From assembly GCA_038087875.1 (NCBI GenBank), contig CM075977.1, positions 133,610,001-133,674,000 of the forward strand: a DNA stretch of 64,000 nucleotides, in the 5' to 3' direction. Within the stretch, counting starts at the first letter, position 1. Each line of letters starts with the position of its first letter. The translations under genes and the position numbers were made by a program. The notes under the pieces were generated by a model. It did no database searches, was not told where the DNA came from, and saw only the letters and a program-made list of their open reading frames with translations. Source of the DNA: Malacoraja senta. Lineage: Eukaryota. Of the stretch, positions 25,993 to 39,529 are shown piece after piece.

Positions 25993-26572
25993 AATATAAA
26001 ACAACAGTTGGGCGAAGAAGTAAGATAAGAAATGAAATGCTTGGAAGGATTGGGGATTTTGCTGTCTCAGCAGTCGTGGAAGCTTTTCCAATGTAGTTGC
26101 TGACAGTTATCACACCTTGTGGTTGTGAAGCCATTGCTGATCTTGATTTGATGCTGACAGCCAGTGGAGAAGTAAAGTGGACGCTATGAGTTGGTCAAGA
26201 AAGCTTTTCGTGCGATGGGCATATGCAGTAAAATGACAATTTATTTTGTAGCCTGGCTGCTGAGTGACATGGAACACTTCCAATTTATCATTTTGTGAAA
26301 GGCAGGAGTTTTAAGAAGGCAATACTTGGCAAAGGGACTATCGTTGTGAAACAACTTCCGTGAGCTTATAGTCATTTTGATAAAAACTCGTACGATACTA
26401 CAGCTGGATAAACACAGCTGACAAAGCATAATACATCAGCATTCTCATTTGAGATTGACAATGCGTTAATCCAGAAATTCTGAACCACTTCCAAGATAAA
26501 TGATATCCGTGTGATGATATTAACTTTTAGTCACAAGCATGCATTCTATTTTTTTTGATATGGAAATCTTTA

Positions 26573-28376
26573 AACCCCTGTCTCACTGTGCGAGCTGACC
26601 CACGAGGTACCCCGAGTTTAAAACAAATTTAAATTGTGGTAATCACGTACAATTAACGTAGCGGGAACGTCGGAACTCGTGGAGGCAACTTTGCGACTCT
26701 TGGCGCTAACGGGAGCTACCTGTGATACTTGTTAACTCTTGAAAAAGTTCAAACATGTTTGAACTTTTCCACGAATAAAATGTACTCTTGAGGTTAAAAT
26801 TTGAAACATTTAAACTCGTTGTAAGAACGTAGTGGCCCGTGCGTTTAACTTTGACTCGTGAGTCTACCGTGGGAACTCTTTTTAGAAACAATAATCAGGG
26901 ACAGAAATATCAGTTACTTAAGCTTTTTAAAGACAAATTCTGCTTAACAAAGTTAAGCAAGTTATTGATAAGGTGACAGAGTGGGTTGAAAAGAAAAAAT
27001 TGCTTGAAGTTTATATATAAATTTGTGTTGTGTTGTGTTGTGTTGAAAAGCTTTTTGCTGATCCGTTTGATTCTCACTGTTTGTTTACTTCATTGCACAA
27101 TAAAAGAGAGTTCTTTGCTATCAAGATCAAATTGATGTCTGGAAGTCTTCATTTTAATATCACTGCAAAGTCTCATGACTTGAATGTAATATTCCTTTCA
27201 TCATAAAACACAAAATAGAGGAAGGCAAAATATATTCACATCTTGATTCTCACAATCATTTGTGAGATTTAAGGACTCAGCTGCCTCATATGCTGTGCTT
27301 TTTAAATGTTTAAAATTGTCCCCTCTCAGTAGATCAGAAAATAAGACAAACAGCACGGTGAATGTGAAACAAAGTCTTTATTCATCTTGTTCAATATAAA
27401 AAACGCTTTTTTGCACATATTGAGAAAAGGAGCACCACAGCAAACAACACAGTGGTCTGAAAAAGGGCTTCTCATACATGAAAATCAACAAATGAAGCAC
27501 AAATAAAAGTATTTCCACTATATACTAATTCAGCTGAGAAATGCACAAGTCTAAATTCAGGCAATAAAAGATACAATGCAATGCGCTAAATGACAAGTTT
27601 TGAGATCTACAATCAGATAAGCAGATGCATGATAACCACGTTTTAAAGGAAAGACAGATGCAATGAAATTACTTTTACACCACAATAAAAAATAAAATCC
27701 ACACTTAAAGTTAAACAAAGAAAAGTCAGCAGGATTTAAACTAAACATGAAATTAACTGGATTCTTCTGCATGTGGGCTCTCCTCATGCAGTGATGTACC
27801 TGTGGTCGGCAGCCGCTCAAAATAAGCTGTCCTGCCACGGCACACTGCCCAATTCTGAATTATAGTAGGATCAGAGATGGTCTCTCTGCTCTTTTGCACT
27901 GTTGGTCCCCGTGTTACCTCGAAAACACTGCAGTGGCACCAAAGTCTCGTCGTTTGTACCACTCCTCCACGCACCTAGTGTTATTCTCCCTGTTTGACTG
28001 TCCACTAAGTCACCATCCTGCATGGCTGTTGCTGATCCTGAAGCTGCACCTCTGATACGGATCAGGTTGTGCAGAACACATGCAGCAAACACAATAGTCT
28101 CTACGTTCTTTGGCTGGCATGACATCATTTTTTTAACATGTGATGATTTTTCAACACTTCGATATACATTGTTGCCTCAAGATTAACGGGAGAGGAACTT
28201 GGTACACTCGGGAGACGAACTTGGAACATCGCAGAAATGAGAAGTAAACGGGAAACTTAGACATACCTGTGGGAACTTGGTTAAACTCTGGATCATAAAC
28301 TTGTAGTCTCGTACGCAACCACGAGTCTTTCACTCGGGGTCACTCGTGGGTCAACTTGCACAGTGAGACAGGGCTT
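26573..28376 (-). mobile_element. Internally deleted PIF/Harbinger transposon with transposase remnant
   Basis: About 33-bp TIRs (AACCCCTGTCTCACTGTGCGAGCTGACCCACGAG) and TTA TSD (26570-26572, 28377-28379). ORF 27871..28128 (IVFAACVLHNLIR...AKEQRDHL) resembles the Harbinger/HARBI1 transposase C-terminus. Confidence 0.9.
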
Positions 28377-28802
28377 TTATACTGATATTGCATTAAATTA
28401 TTGAAAACATTATGGTGATGGCCTGCCATGTTAAGTTCATCTGCTCGTGTGTCAGATGATGTAGCTCGCTGTTGGCTTCTGTCGTCGCCCAACATGTTGA
28501 AAGAATTGTCGCCCGACACGTCACAGAGTGCATCGTGTCATCGCTTCCAGGAATCGCCATGAGGAGGCTTCTGTCATGATCCCTGCCATGTTAAGTAACA
28601 AGTCAGCTCGGGTGTCTTTTAATTTAATTGCCCTTGATGCATATCCCCTTCAGGAATTCTTTAGTAACTGTCAATAAGCAAACATAATTGAATATTTTTA
28701 ACTCACATGGGAAATACAAATAAATCCGAATGATTTTAATAAAATGCAGCTTTTAGAAATAAGCATGGAAAGAGGCCCTTTGGCCCACCGAGTGCATGCC
28801 TA

Positions 28803-29350
28803 CTGCGGCACGGTGGCACAGCGGTGGAGTTGCTGCCTTAGTGCCAGAGATCTGGGTTTAATCCTGACTACGGGTGTTGTCTGTACAGAGTTTGTATGTC
28901 CTCCCTGTGCCCTGCGTGGGTTTTCCCTGGCATCTGCGGTTTCCTCCCACACTTCAAAGATGCACAGGTTTGTCGGTTAACTAGCTTCAGTTAAAATTGT
29001 AATTTGTCCTAAAGTGTGTGTGGGGCTGTGTTAAGGGCCTGTCCCACTTACACCATTTTTTCGGAGACTTGCTGGCACCCGTCATAGTCTCAGCAGGTCG
29101 CCGAAAATTTTCAAAATGTTGAAAATCCAGCGGCGACCAGACAGGAGTCACCCCGCGACATGTCGCCTGTATGGTCGTGAGTAGTCGCACAAAGAGTCGT
29201 ACCTTTTTCTGGTCGCCACTGGATTTTCAACATTTTGAACATTTTTGGCGACCTGCTGCGACTATGACGGGTGCTGGCAAGTCACCGAAAATATAGCATG
29301 AGTGGGATAGGCCCTTTAGTGTGCAGGGCTCACTGGTCAGCGTGGACCCA
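28803..29350 (+). mobile_element. HE1/V-SINE-like SINE interrupted by a MITE
   Basis: tRNA-like head gcggcacggtggcacagcgg. The body resumes at 29316. A second SINE follows at about 29362-29640. Confidence 0.8.
29034..29315. mobile_element. Harbinger-type MITE, almost fully palindromic
   Basis: TIR AGGGCCTGTCCCACT / AGTGGGATAGGCCCT, TTA TSD (29031-29033, 29316-29318) and long internal inverted arms. Confidence 0.92.
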
Positions 29351-29871
29351 TAGTCATGATCTGGCACAGTGGTGCAGCAGTCGAGTGGCTGCCTTACATC
29401 GCCGGAGACTGAGGTTTGATCCTGACTTTGGGTGTTGTCTGTGAAGAATTTGTACATTCTCCCTGTGATCGTGCTAGTTTTCCCTGGGTGCTTCGGAATT
29501 CCTCACACACTCCAAAGAGTGTGCTTGTTTATCAATTAATTGGCTTCTGTAAATTGTCCTTTGTGTGAAGGATAGAACTTGTGTCGACGCGGACTCGTTG
29601 GGCCAAGAGGCTGTTTTCACACTATCTCTGAGCCTAAGCCCAAGGTGATGGCTAGATGATCTGATGTTGGGCATTTGGTAATTTGATGTTATGAGTGTCA
29701 GTTGTCACTTATCAACCAGGCCTGTACGTTATCTTGGTATTGATTACATGATTGCAATAATATATTTGGGAACGCACTGTGCTGTGGGGAATTGTCCAGA
29801 TAGCAAACATTTGGGGGGGGGGGGTTATTATTGGTCTGTTTTAGAATGTAGCAGATAACAGCATGGTGTTA

Positions 29872-29975
29872 TGTCTGAAGAAGGGTCCCGACCCGAAATG
29901 TCACCTATCCATTTTCTTCAGAGATGCTGCCTGACCCATTGATTTACTCCAGCATTTTGTTTCTATCTTTGGTAT
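29872..29975 (+). mobile_element. Penelope-like terminal repeat with minimal hammerhead core
   Basis: CTGAAGA (29875-29881), A-GGGTC-CC-GACCC stem, GAAA (29895-29898), TGTC. Confidence 0.7.
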
Positions 29976-30098
29976 TGTATGTGCTGCTCTCTTGGGCATG
30001 TGTTGTGTATTTGACTTGAGACCCATTGGTGTAATAAAAATAACTCAAATAAGAAACCCCTTGTGGACTGGAGCAAATACAGGCATCATGAATGGTAG

Positions 30099-30248
30099 GA
30101 AGGAACTGCAGGTGCTGGTTTACACTGAAGATAGACACAAAGTGCTTTAGTAACTCAGCGGAACGGGCAGCATCTCTGGACAGAAGGGAATCCTTCTATC
30201 CAGAGATGCTGCCTGTTCCGTTGAGTTACTCCAGCATTTAGTGTCTAT
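30099..30248. mobile_element. Fold-back Penelope-derived mini-element with perfect 15-bp TSD
   Basis: TSD CATCATGAATGGTAG at 30084-30098 and 30249-30263. Inverted arms gcagcatctctgga / tccagagatgctgc. Confidence 0.8.
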
Positions 30249-31014
30249 CATCATGAATGGTAGTTGCATACCAGCTAGTGGACCACAATATGCTGTTGTG
30301 CTGGCTGTGCCTGCCCACCAGCTGTAGGCTCAAGGAGTTTGAATCCTCGCGAGTCCGATCTATCCCTGACGTTATGGCTGATGCCTTCAGTGTGACGCAA
30401 GTGCAAACAGTTGCATCCTATTGTGTCAGGAGGCCTTCGGGCCTTATGAATCTGTATGCTTGTACTGACCGCAATGAGAGAAGGAGATGAGTCTTGTTCT
30501 TCAGAATCCAGGAAGCATCTGCCATCTCCTTTAGGCAACAGTGCGCTGTAAACTGTGAACTCTTCCAGCTATCCCCCGCTCCAGGCTGAAAAGAGAACAA
30601 AGTGAAGCATCAAAAAGTCATGGCCATTGTGACCTTAACAGCTGTGACGAGATGGTTCCCCACTCCCTTGGCAACTGCTGCTTTGGGTACACCAGGTCGA
30701 AGGTTTTTGTTAGGAACTTCCTTCTGAAGTGGAGTCTACTAATCCATTGTTTCCCGTTGAGCTGCATGTAAGAAAATTGCTCCCTAAGCATTTGTGCTGG
30801 AAAGTCACAATATAAATCGGCCGGGCAACTTTTTCATGTAGGGTGTTGGGTATATGGAACAAGCAGCCAGGTGAGGTAGTTGATCCAGGTACAATAACAA
30901 TATTTAAAATACATTTGGACAGGTACAGGTACAAAGTTAGGAAATGTTTAGAGGGATATGGGCCAAAAGCGGGTAGATAGGGCATCCTGATCAGCATGAA
31001 CAAATGGGGCTGAT

Positions 31015-32832
31015 AGAAACATAGAAACATAGAAAATAGGTGCAAGAGTAGGCCATTCGGCCCATTCAATATGATCATGGCTGATCATCCAACTCAGTAT
31101 CCTGTACCTGCTTTCTCTCCCTACCCCCTGATCCCTTTAGCCACAAGGGCCACATCTAACTCCCTCTTAAATATAGCCAATGAACTGGCCTCAACTACAT
31201 TCTGTGGCAGAGAATTCCAGAGATTCACCACTCTCTGTGTAAAAAATGTTTTTCTCATCTCAGTCCTAAAAGATTTCCCCTTTATCCTTAAACTGTGACC
31301 CCTTGTTCTGGACTTCCCCAACATTGGGAACAATCTTCCTGCATCTAGCCTGTCCAACCCCTTAAGAATTTTGTAAGTTTCTATAAGAACCCCCCCTCAA
31401 TCTTCTAAATTCCAGCGAGTATAAGCCGAGTCTATCCAGTCTTTCCTCATATGAAAGTCCTGACATCCCAGGAATCAGTCTGGTGAACCTTCTGTGTACT
31501 CCCTCTATGGCAAGAATGTCCTTCCTCAGATTAGGAGACCAAAACTGTACGCAATACTCCAGGTGTGGTCTCACCAAGATCCTGTATAACTGCAGTAGAA
31601 CCTCCCTGCTCCTATACTCAAATCCTTTCGCTATGAATGCTAACATACCATTTGCTTTCTTCACTTCCTGCTGCACCTGCATGCCCACTTTCAATAACTG
31701 GTGTACCATGACACCCAAGTCTCGTTGCATCTCCCCTTTTCCTAATCAGCCACCATTCAGGTAATAGTCTACTTTCCTGTTTTTGCCACCAAAGTGGATA
31801 ACCTCACATTTATCCACATTATACTGCATCTGCCATGCATTTGCCCACTCACCCAGCCTATCCAAGTCATCTTGCAGCCTCCTAGCACCCTCCTCACAGC
31901 TAACACTGACCCCCAGCTTCGTGTCATCCGCAAACTTGGAGATGTTGCATTCAATTCCCTCGTCCAAATCATTAATATATATTGTAAATAGCTGGGGTCC
32001 CAGCACTGAGCCTTGCGGTACCCCACTAGTCACTGCCTGCCATTCTGAAAAGGACCCGTTTACTCCTACTCTTTGCTTCCTGTCTGCCAGCCAGTTCTCT
32101 ATCCACATCAATACTGAACCCCCAATACCGTGTGCTTTAAGTTTGTATATTAATCTCTTATGTGGGACCTTGTCGAAAGCCTTCTGAAAGTCCAGATATA
32201 ACACATCCACTGGTTCTCCCTTATCCACTCTATTAGTTACATCCTTGAAAAATTCTATAAGATTCGTCAGACATGATTTACCTTTCATAAATCCATGCTG
32301 ACTTTGTCCAATGATTTCACCATTTTCCAAATGTGCTGCTATCCCATCTTTAATAACTGCCGATAGCAGTTTCCCCACTACCGATGTTAGACTAACTGGT
32401 CTGTAATTCCCTGTTTTCTCTCTCCCTCCCTTTTTAAAAAGTGGGGTTACATTAGCTACCCTCCAATCCTCAGGAACTACTCCAGAATCTAAAGAGTTTT
32501 GAAAAATTATCGCTAATGCATCCACTATTTATGGGGCTACTTCCTTAAGTACTCTTGGATGCAGCCTATCTGGCCCTGGGGATTTATCGGCCTTTAATCC
32601 AGTCAATTTACTTGACACCACTTCCCGGCTAACCTGGATTTCACTCGGTTCCTCCATCTCATTTGACCCCCGGTCCCCTGCTATTTCCGGCAGATTAATT
32701 AAGTGTTCCTTAGTGAAGACAGAACCAAAGTAGTTATTCAATTGGTCTGCCATGTCCTTGTTCCCCATGATCAATTCACCTGTTTCTGACTGCAAGGGAC
32801 CTACATTTGTTTTAACTAATCTTTTTCTCTTC
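31015..32832 (-). mobile_element. Young CR1 LINE, 5'-truncated, containing the RT domain
   Basis: ORF 31746..32525 (NYRPVSLTS, QHGF, YLDFQKAFD, GVPQGSVLGP, FADD), ORFs 31362..31730 and 31121..31357, and an (atagaaac)n tail. Confidence 0.95.
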
Positions 32833-33659
32833 TGGTATGATACCAGAGAGCAATGCTGAACTGTTATCTACCTCTTTGGTGACCCACAGCCAATCCTTGA
32901 TCAGACTTTGCTGGCTTTACCTTGCTCTAAACATTATTCCCTTATCATGTATCTGTACACTATAAATGGCTCGATTGTAATCATGTATTGTCATTCTGCT
33001 GACTGGATAGCACACAACAAATGCTTTTCACTGTACCTCGGTAAACGTGGCAATAAACTAAACTGAACTGATTTGATTTGGTGAAGGGCTTTGTCTCCTT
33101 TCTCCTGCCCTGTTTTGTCAAACTATCTGCTCTCTCCATCCCCTTTCCTCATTCTCCCTGTCATGCTACACTCCAATTGAATTGTAAACAAAGCACCAGC
33201 AGATACGATTGTGGCATTTAAGTGACTTTAGATAGGCACATGGATATGCAGGGAAAGGAGGGATTTGGATCACATGAAGCTGAGGAGATTAGTTTAACAG
33301 CATGATATTCAGCATGAATATTGTGGGCTGAAGGGCCTGTTCCTGTGCTGTTCTATTCTATGTTCCATACAGGAGCAATTGGATGGGCTAAATAAAGCAT
33401 GGGTATGAAACTCCATCTTTTCTTTACCACACCTGCGGACTTTAAAACTTGCAATGAGGTCTGGAAGAACTCTGAACAATACTAACATTTGCACTGTATT
33501 CAATCAGAAGGGAAAATGCAAATAATAAATCCCTTAGTAGAATGCGAAAGCCTCCACGTATGTTGAATGTTATCCCCAGTTTCACATTGTTGGCATGAAA
33601 TGTATCTCACAATCTGCTTTCCCGGTGTGGGAAAGTGTTGCAAGCATGAGCACTCTTCC

Positions 33660-34075
33660 CAGCATGCCGTATACCACTTGGGTAGCTTACAAACCACAAA
33701 ATTAATATTGAATTCTCCAACTGCAAGTTTTACACAACCCCTCGCTCTCTGTTTGGCCTGCCCCATCCACCCCCCCTCCCCCCTCCCCCCTCCCCCCTCC
33801 CCCCCCGGTTCGCACACATTATTCCCACTGTCTCCCACCACACACCAGTCACTCCTGCTCCTTTCCTCTCATTTGTACCTCATCTCCCATCCCCGAGTCC
33901 CAAAGTTCCCTTTTATCCCTCCCTCCCCCCTCTTCCCCTACCTCTCTGTCTCCTTCTATCCATATGTCTCCAGGCTTTATCTCTCACACCTCATTTGCTT
34001 ATCAAACACCACTTACTCTGCCCAGCTGCCAATGATTCCCCCTCTCACCTGTATCCAACTATCACCAACCAGAAT
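33660..34075 (+). mobile_element. Penelope-like element 3' remnant
   Basis: taccacttgggtagcttacaaacc...aatattgaattctccaac resembles the PLE GIY-YIG C-terminal LGSLQP..NIEFSN motif, followed by a pyrimidine-rich UTR. Confidence 0.5.
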
Positions 34076-35219
34076 TTGTCATCTAATCAGATCAGAGAAT
34101 ACTACACAAAAGTAAAATCAAGTTATACTCCAGTACAATAGGAGAAACAAAATGCAGAATATAATTCTCAGCATTGTAATAATAATAATAATACATTTTA
34201 TTTATATAGTGCTTTTCAGGACTCAAAGTCGAGTGCATCAGTTCCATAGAGAAAGTCCAACGTCTGCAATGGGGTAGAGGTGAATCGGACAGTATTCTAG
34301 CTTATGGAAGGACCGTTCAGAAGCCTATTACAAAGGTTGTGTCAACCTTCCCAGTGTGGTGACTCGAGCAGATTTTGCTACCATGTACATGCAGACACAT
34401 CAGATGAAAAATTGGAGTTTAATTGAAGATAGACACAAAATGCTGGAGTAACTCATCTGGTCAGTCTGCATCTCTGGAGAAAAGCAATAGGAGACATTTT
34501 GGGTTGACACCCTTTTGCAGGCTGAGTCACTAGAGAGGTATGAAAAGGTACAGAACAAATCAGAGCCGGCACTGATGGCCAAGGAGTCCACGATGGTCCA
34601 ATGTTGGCTTTGGAGGAGGTGATAATGAAAGGATACGAACAGTGAAACTAGCAGGATGCCTAAGGTGGGGGAGGGACAGAGAGCTACACATTTTTTCCTA
34701 CACATGGGGTTCAATTGACATCTGCAGGGCTCAAATTACAAACATTATGCAGCTCAGTTTTGTGGCAACTCAAAACATAGTTTTGAGAATCAGCATAATC
34801 ACGATGTATTTAAGATAACTCCTTTCATACACACAGTTAACAGAACTGAGAAAGTGTTGTCATCATTCGTTGAGATAGTGGGATTGCAGATTGTAATTTG
34901 GGTTGTCAGCACAGCTTCAGACATGTTGATTACTTTGGATTTTTCTCTCTTCATGTTCTCTTGCAGGGTTTTATCCATGTTATCAACAATTATGTTGACA
35001 AACTTTTATATGTCGCTTTATTTTTTTAATTTTTTAAGCATATTTCTGATATACAGTATAATTAAAGAGTTCTAAAAAATGCAAACCCTGGAATGCAAGA
35101 ACATTTGCACCATTGAGTTGAATGAGATTGTCAGTTTCAAAACCACACCATTAATTAGGATTAGGATTCTTTCCATTTACCACCAACAACAGCATATTTA
35201 TACGGGGTCTTTAACATGG

Positions 35220-35720
35220 CCCATGTTATAGGAAAGACGTTGTCAACCTGGGAAGGGTGCAGAGCAGATTTACGAGAATGTTGACAGGGCTCGAGAGCCT
35301 GAGCTATAGGGAGAGGTGGCTAGGTCTCTAATGCTTGGAGTATAGGATGAAGGGTGATCTTACAGATGTGTACAAAATCCTGGGAGGAATAGATCGGGTA
35401 AACGCACAGAGTCTCTTGTCCAGAGTTGGGGAATCGAGAACCAGATGATATAGCTTTAAGGTGAGGGGGAAAGATTTAATAGGAACCTGCAGCGTAATTT
35501 TTTTCGGAAAGGCTGGTGGGTGTATGGAACGAGCTGCCGGAGGAGGTAGTTGAGGCAGGTACTATTGCAGCGTTTAAGAAATATTTAGACAGGTAAATGG
35601 ATAGGACAGGTTGAAAGGGATATGGGCCAAACACAGGCAGGTGGGACTAATGTAGATGGGACATGTTGCTCGGTGTGGGCAAGTTGTGACGAAGGGCCTG
35701 TTTCCATGCTATTTGAATCT
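35220..35720 (+). mobile_element. CR1 LINE 3' fragment (same subfamily as 995-1830)
   Basis: Reverse-complement similarity to 995-1460. Confidence 0.85.
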
Positions 35721-36359
35721 ATGGCAAAATTCTGATGTTACATGGGAACGTTGTCAAATAAATTTGACTTAAGTGGGTTCTGGTGCAGTAGAATGAAGGC
35801 TTGATTAAAGTGGTTTCATGGAATCTGACAGAAAGAAGCCATTTGGTCTTTTGTGTCTCTACCCTTCAAAAAGTGTTCTGCAGCCTAATCTTGCCTTCCT
35901 CATCCATCCTCCAGGTTTGTATCACTGGGTTGCTCTTTCTTCTATTTAAGCATAATGTTTATTCTACCCTTTACCTGTCAGACAGTGAGTCCAGATGCCA
36001 AGCAATGTGTTATCTCTTCCCCCCCCCCCCCCATTTGATCTGGTGGCGTTGGTGACTGGAGACAGAGGGGCGGCTGCTGTAGGCGAAGAATGAAACATTT
36101 GCGGTGATTGTGATATTGGCTGAGGTGGCCTTACCTACAGTACCTACAGGCAGTGAGTCCGACAGCAGCCAGATGAGCGGGTGAACTGAGCACAGCTTAC
36201 GGTAGCTGCATGGAGCGGCAGTGGAAGGAGCTGACACCACCGTGCTGGGCCTAGCCAACCCCCACTTCATTCATCCAATGCTGCCAGGAAGCCGGGCCCT
36301 TAAGTGAGAAAATAAGAAATTGCACATCTCCTTTGGCTAAGATCGGACTTTTCAGAGAC

Positions 36360-37755
36360 TTAGATGCATTGGTGATCATTTCCCAATGTTCTATAGACTC
36401 TGGATCAGTTCCCGTGGACTGGAGGGTAGCTAATGTAATCCCACTTTTTAAGAAAAGAGGGAGAGAGAAAACAGGGAATTATAGACCAGTAGTACATCGG
36501 TAGTGGGGAAAGTGTTTGAGTCGACTATTAAAGATGTAATAGCAGCGCATTTGGAAAGCAGTGACAGGATCGGTCAAAGTCAGCATGGATTTATGAAGGG
36601 GAAATCATGCTTGACTAATCTTTTGGATTTTTTTTGAGGATGTAACAAGTAGAATGGACAAGGGAGAGCCAATGGATGTGGTGTATCTGGACTTTCAAAA
36701 AGCTATTGACAAGGTCCAACAAGAGATTAGTGTGCAAAATCAGAACACATGGTATTGGGGGTAGGGTATTGACATGGATAGAGAACTGGTTGGAATACAG
36801 GAAGCAAAGAGTAGGAATTAATGCGTCCTTTTCAGAATGGCAGGCAGTGACTAGTGGGATGCCGCAAGGCTCAGTGTTGGGACCAGAATCATTTACAGCA
36901 TATATTAACGATTTAGACGAAGAAATTAAATGTAACATCTCCAAGTTTGCGGATGACACAAAGCTGGGTGGCAGCTCATTGCGAGGAGGATGTTATGCGG
37001 CTGCAGGGCGACTTGGATAGTTGGTGAGTAGGCAGATGCATGACAGATGCAGAATTATGTGGATATGTGAGGTTATCCACTTTGGTGGCAAGAACAAGAA
37101 GGCAGATTATTATCTGAATGGTGTCAGATTCGGAAAAGGGGAAGTGCAACTAGACCTGGGTGTCCTTGTACATCATTCACTGAAAGTAAGCATGCAGGAA
37201 CAGCAGGCAGTGAAGAAAGGTAATGGCATGTTGGCCTTCCTAGCGAGAAGATTTGAGTATAGGAGCAAGGAGGTCCTACTCAATTCCTGGGATGTCAGGA
37301 CATTCATATGAAGAAAGACTGGATAGACTCGGCTTGTACTCGCTGGAATTTAGAAGATTGAGGGGGGAACTTACAAAATTCTTAAGGGGTTAGACAGGTT
37401 AGATGCAGGAAGATTGTTCCCGATGTTGGGGAAGTCCAGGACAAGGGGTCACAGTTTAAGGATAAAGGGGAAATCTTTTAGGACTGAGATGAGAAAAACA
37501 TTTTTTACACAGAGAGTGGTGAATCTCTGGAATTCTCTGCCACAGAATGTAGTTGAGGCCAGTTCATTGGCTATATTTATGAGGGAGTTAGATGTGGCTA
37601 AAGGGATCAGGGGGTATGGAGAGAAAGCAGGTACAGGATACTGAGTTGGATGATCAGGCATGATCATATTGAATGGCGGTGCAGGCTTGAAGGGCGGAAT
37701 GGCCTACTCCTGCACCTATTTTCTATGTTTCTATGTTTCTATGTTTCTATGTTTC
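36360..37755 (+). mobile_element. CR1 LINE RT and 3' end
   Basis: ORFs 36676..37020 and 37414..37644, and a (tttctatg)n tail. Confidence 0.92.
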
Positions 37756-39529
37756 TCACTTGCAAGATGGTAAGGTGACGTGGTTACTTCCTGCGTGCTA
37801 TTCCAGAAGGGGATCTATAGTACTTGTGTATAGTGTGATTTAACTGGATAGCATGCAAAGCAAGCATTTCAACATGTGCCAATAAACTAACAAACTAACT
37901 AAATCTATGGGTCCTGGTTTTTAATTCTTGGTTCCTCCTATTTCCTCTGTCAAGGCACCTCATGCTTTAATTAATTTTCCTTAGCCTCCACTTTCCAAAG
38001 AAAACAATCCCAACCTATCCAATCTTTGTTGGAAACTACAATTCTCCAGTTCTTTCAACATTGCTGTAAATCTCCTCTGAGGCCTCTCCAGAGCAATCAC
38101 TTCCCTGTAATGTGCTGACCAGAACTGCACGCAGTACTTAAGCTGTGGCTAATTAGTGGTGGATCTTGTTTCAGCATAACCTCCCTGCTGTTCTATTCTG
38201 TGCCTCGCTTAAAAAGAGGAAGCATATGCTGTTTTAATCACCTTATTGACCTGCCCTTTTACCTTTCAGGATTTGTAAAAATGCACTTCACGTTTCCTCT
38301 ATTCTTCCACAGCACTCAGCATTCTTCTATTCATTATATATTTCCTTGCCTTGTTGCATCTCCCCAAATGAATTATTTCCACTTCATTGTATTAAATTAA
38401 ATTTGTTAATTTTCTGTCCAACTTACGCAAGAGATTCATAAACATAGAAAATAGGTGCAGGAGGAGGCCATTTGGCCCTTTGAGCCAGCACCGCCATTCA
38501 TTGTGATCATGGCTGATCATCGACAATCAGTAACCCGTGCCTGCTCCACATATCCCTTGATTCCACAAGCCCCTAGACCTCTATCAAACTCTCTTTTAAA
38601 TCCATCCAATGAATTGGCCTCTGCTGCCTTCTGTGGCAGAAAATTCCACAAATTCACAACTCTCTGGGTGAAAACGTTTTTTCTCATCTCAGTTTTAAAT
38701 GGCCTCCCCTTAGACTGTGGCCTCTGGTTCTGGAGTCTCCCAACATTGGGAACTTTTTTCCTGCATCCAGCTTTTCCAGTCCTTTTATAATTTTATATGT
38801 TTCTATAAGATTACCTCTCATCCTTCTAAATTCCAGTGAATACAAGCCCAGTCTTTCTAATCTTTCCTCATATGACCCGCCATCCCAGGGATTAACCTCG
38901 TGAACCTTGCCTTAATAGCAAGGATGTCCTTCCTCAAATTAGGAGACCAAAACTGCACACAATACTCCAGATGTGGTTTCACCAGGGCCTTGTACAACTG
39001 CAGAAGGACCTCTTTACTCCTATACTCAAAACCTCTCGTTATTAAGACCCACATGCCATTAGCTTTCTTCACTGCCTGCTGTACCTGCATGTTTACTTTC
39101 AGTGACTGGTGTACAAGGACACCCAGGTCACATTGCACTTTCCTTTTTCCTAATCTGACACCATTGAGATAATAATCTGCCTCCTTGTTCTTGCCGCAAA
39201 AGTGGATAATCTCATGTTTATCTACATTATACTGCATCTGCCATGCATCTGCCCACTCACTCAACCTGTCCAAGTCACCCTGCAACCACCTAGCATCCTC
39301 TTCGCAGTTCACACTGCCACCTAGCTTTGTGTCATCTGCAAATTTGCTTGTGTTACTTTTAATCCCATCATCCAAATCATTAATATATATTGTAAATAGT
39401 TGCGGCCCCAGCACCGAGCCTTGCGGCACTCCACTCGCCACTGCCTGCCATTCTGACAGGGACCCGTTTATTCCTAATCTTTGTTTCCTGTCAACCAACC
39501 AATCCTCTATCCATGTAAGTACCCTACCC

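Noticed and set aside
27750-28128. Domesticated HARBI1-like host gene
   Set aside because: Only a C-terminal fragment with an in-frame stop, enclosed by TIRs and a TSD.
28803-28880. tRNA gene
   Set aside because: It is the tRNA-derived head of a SINE, continuing into the SINE body; no complete cloverleaf.
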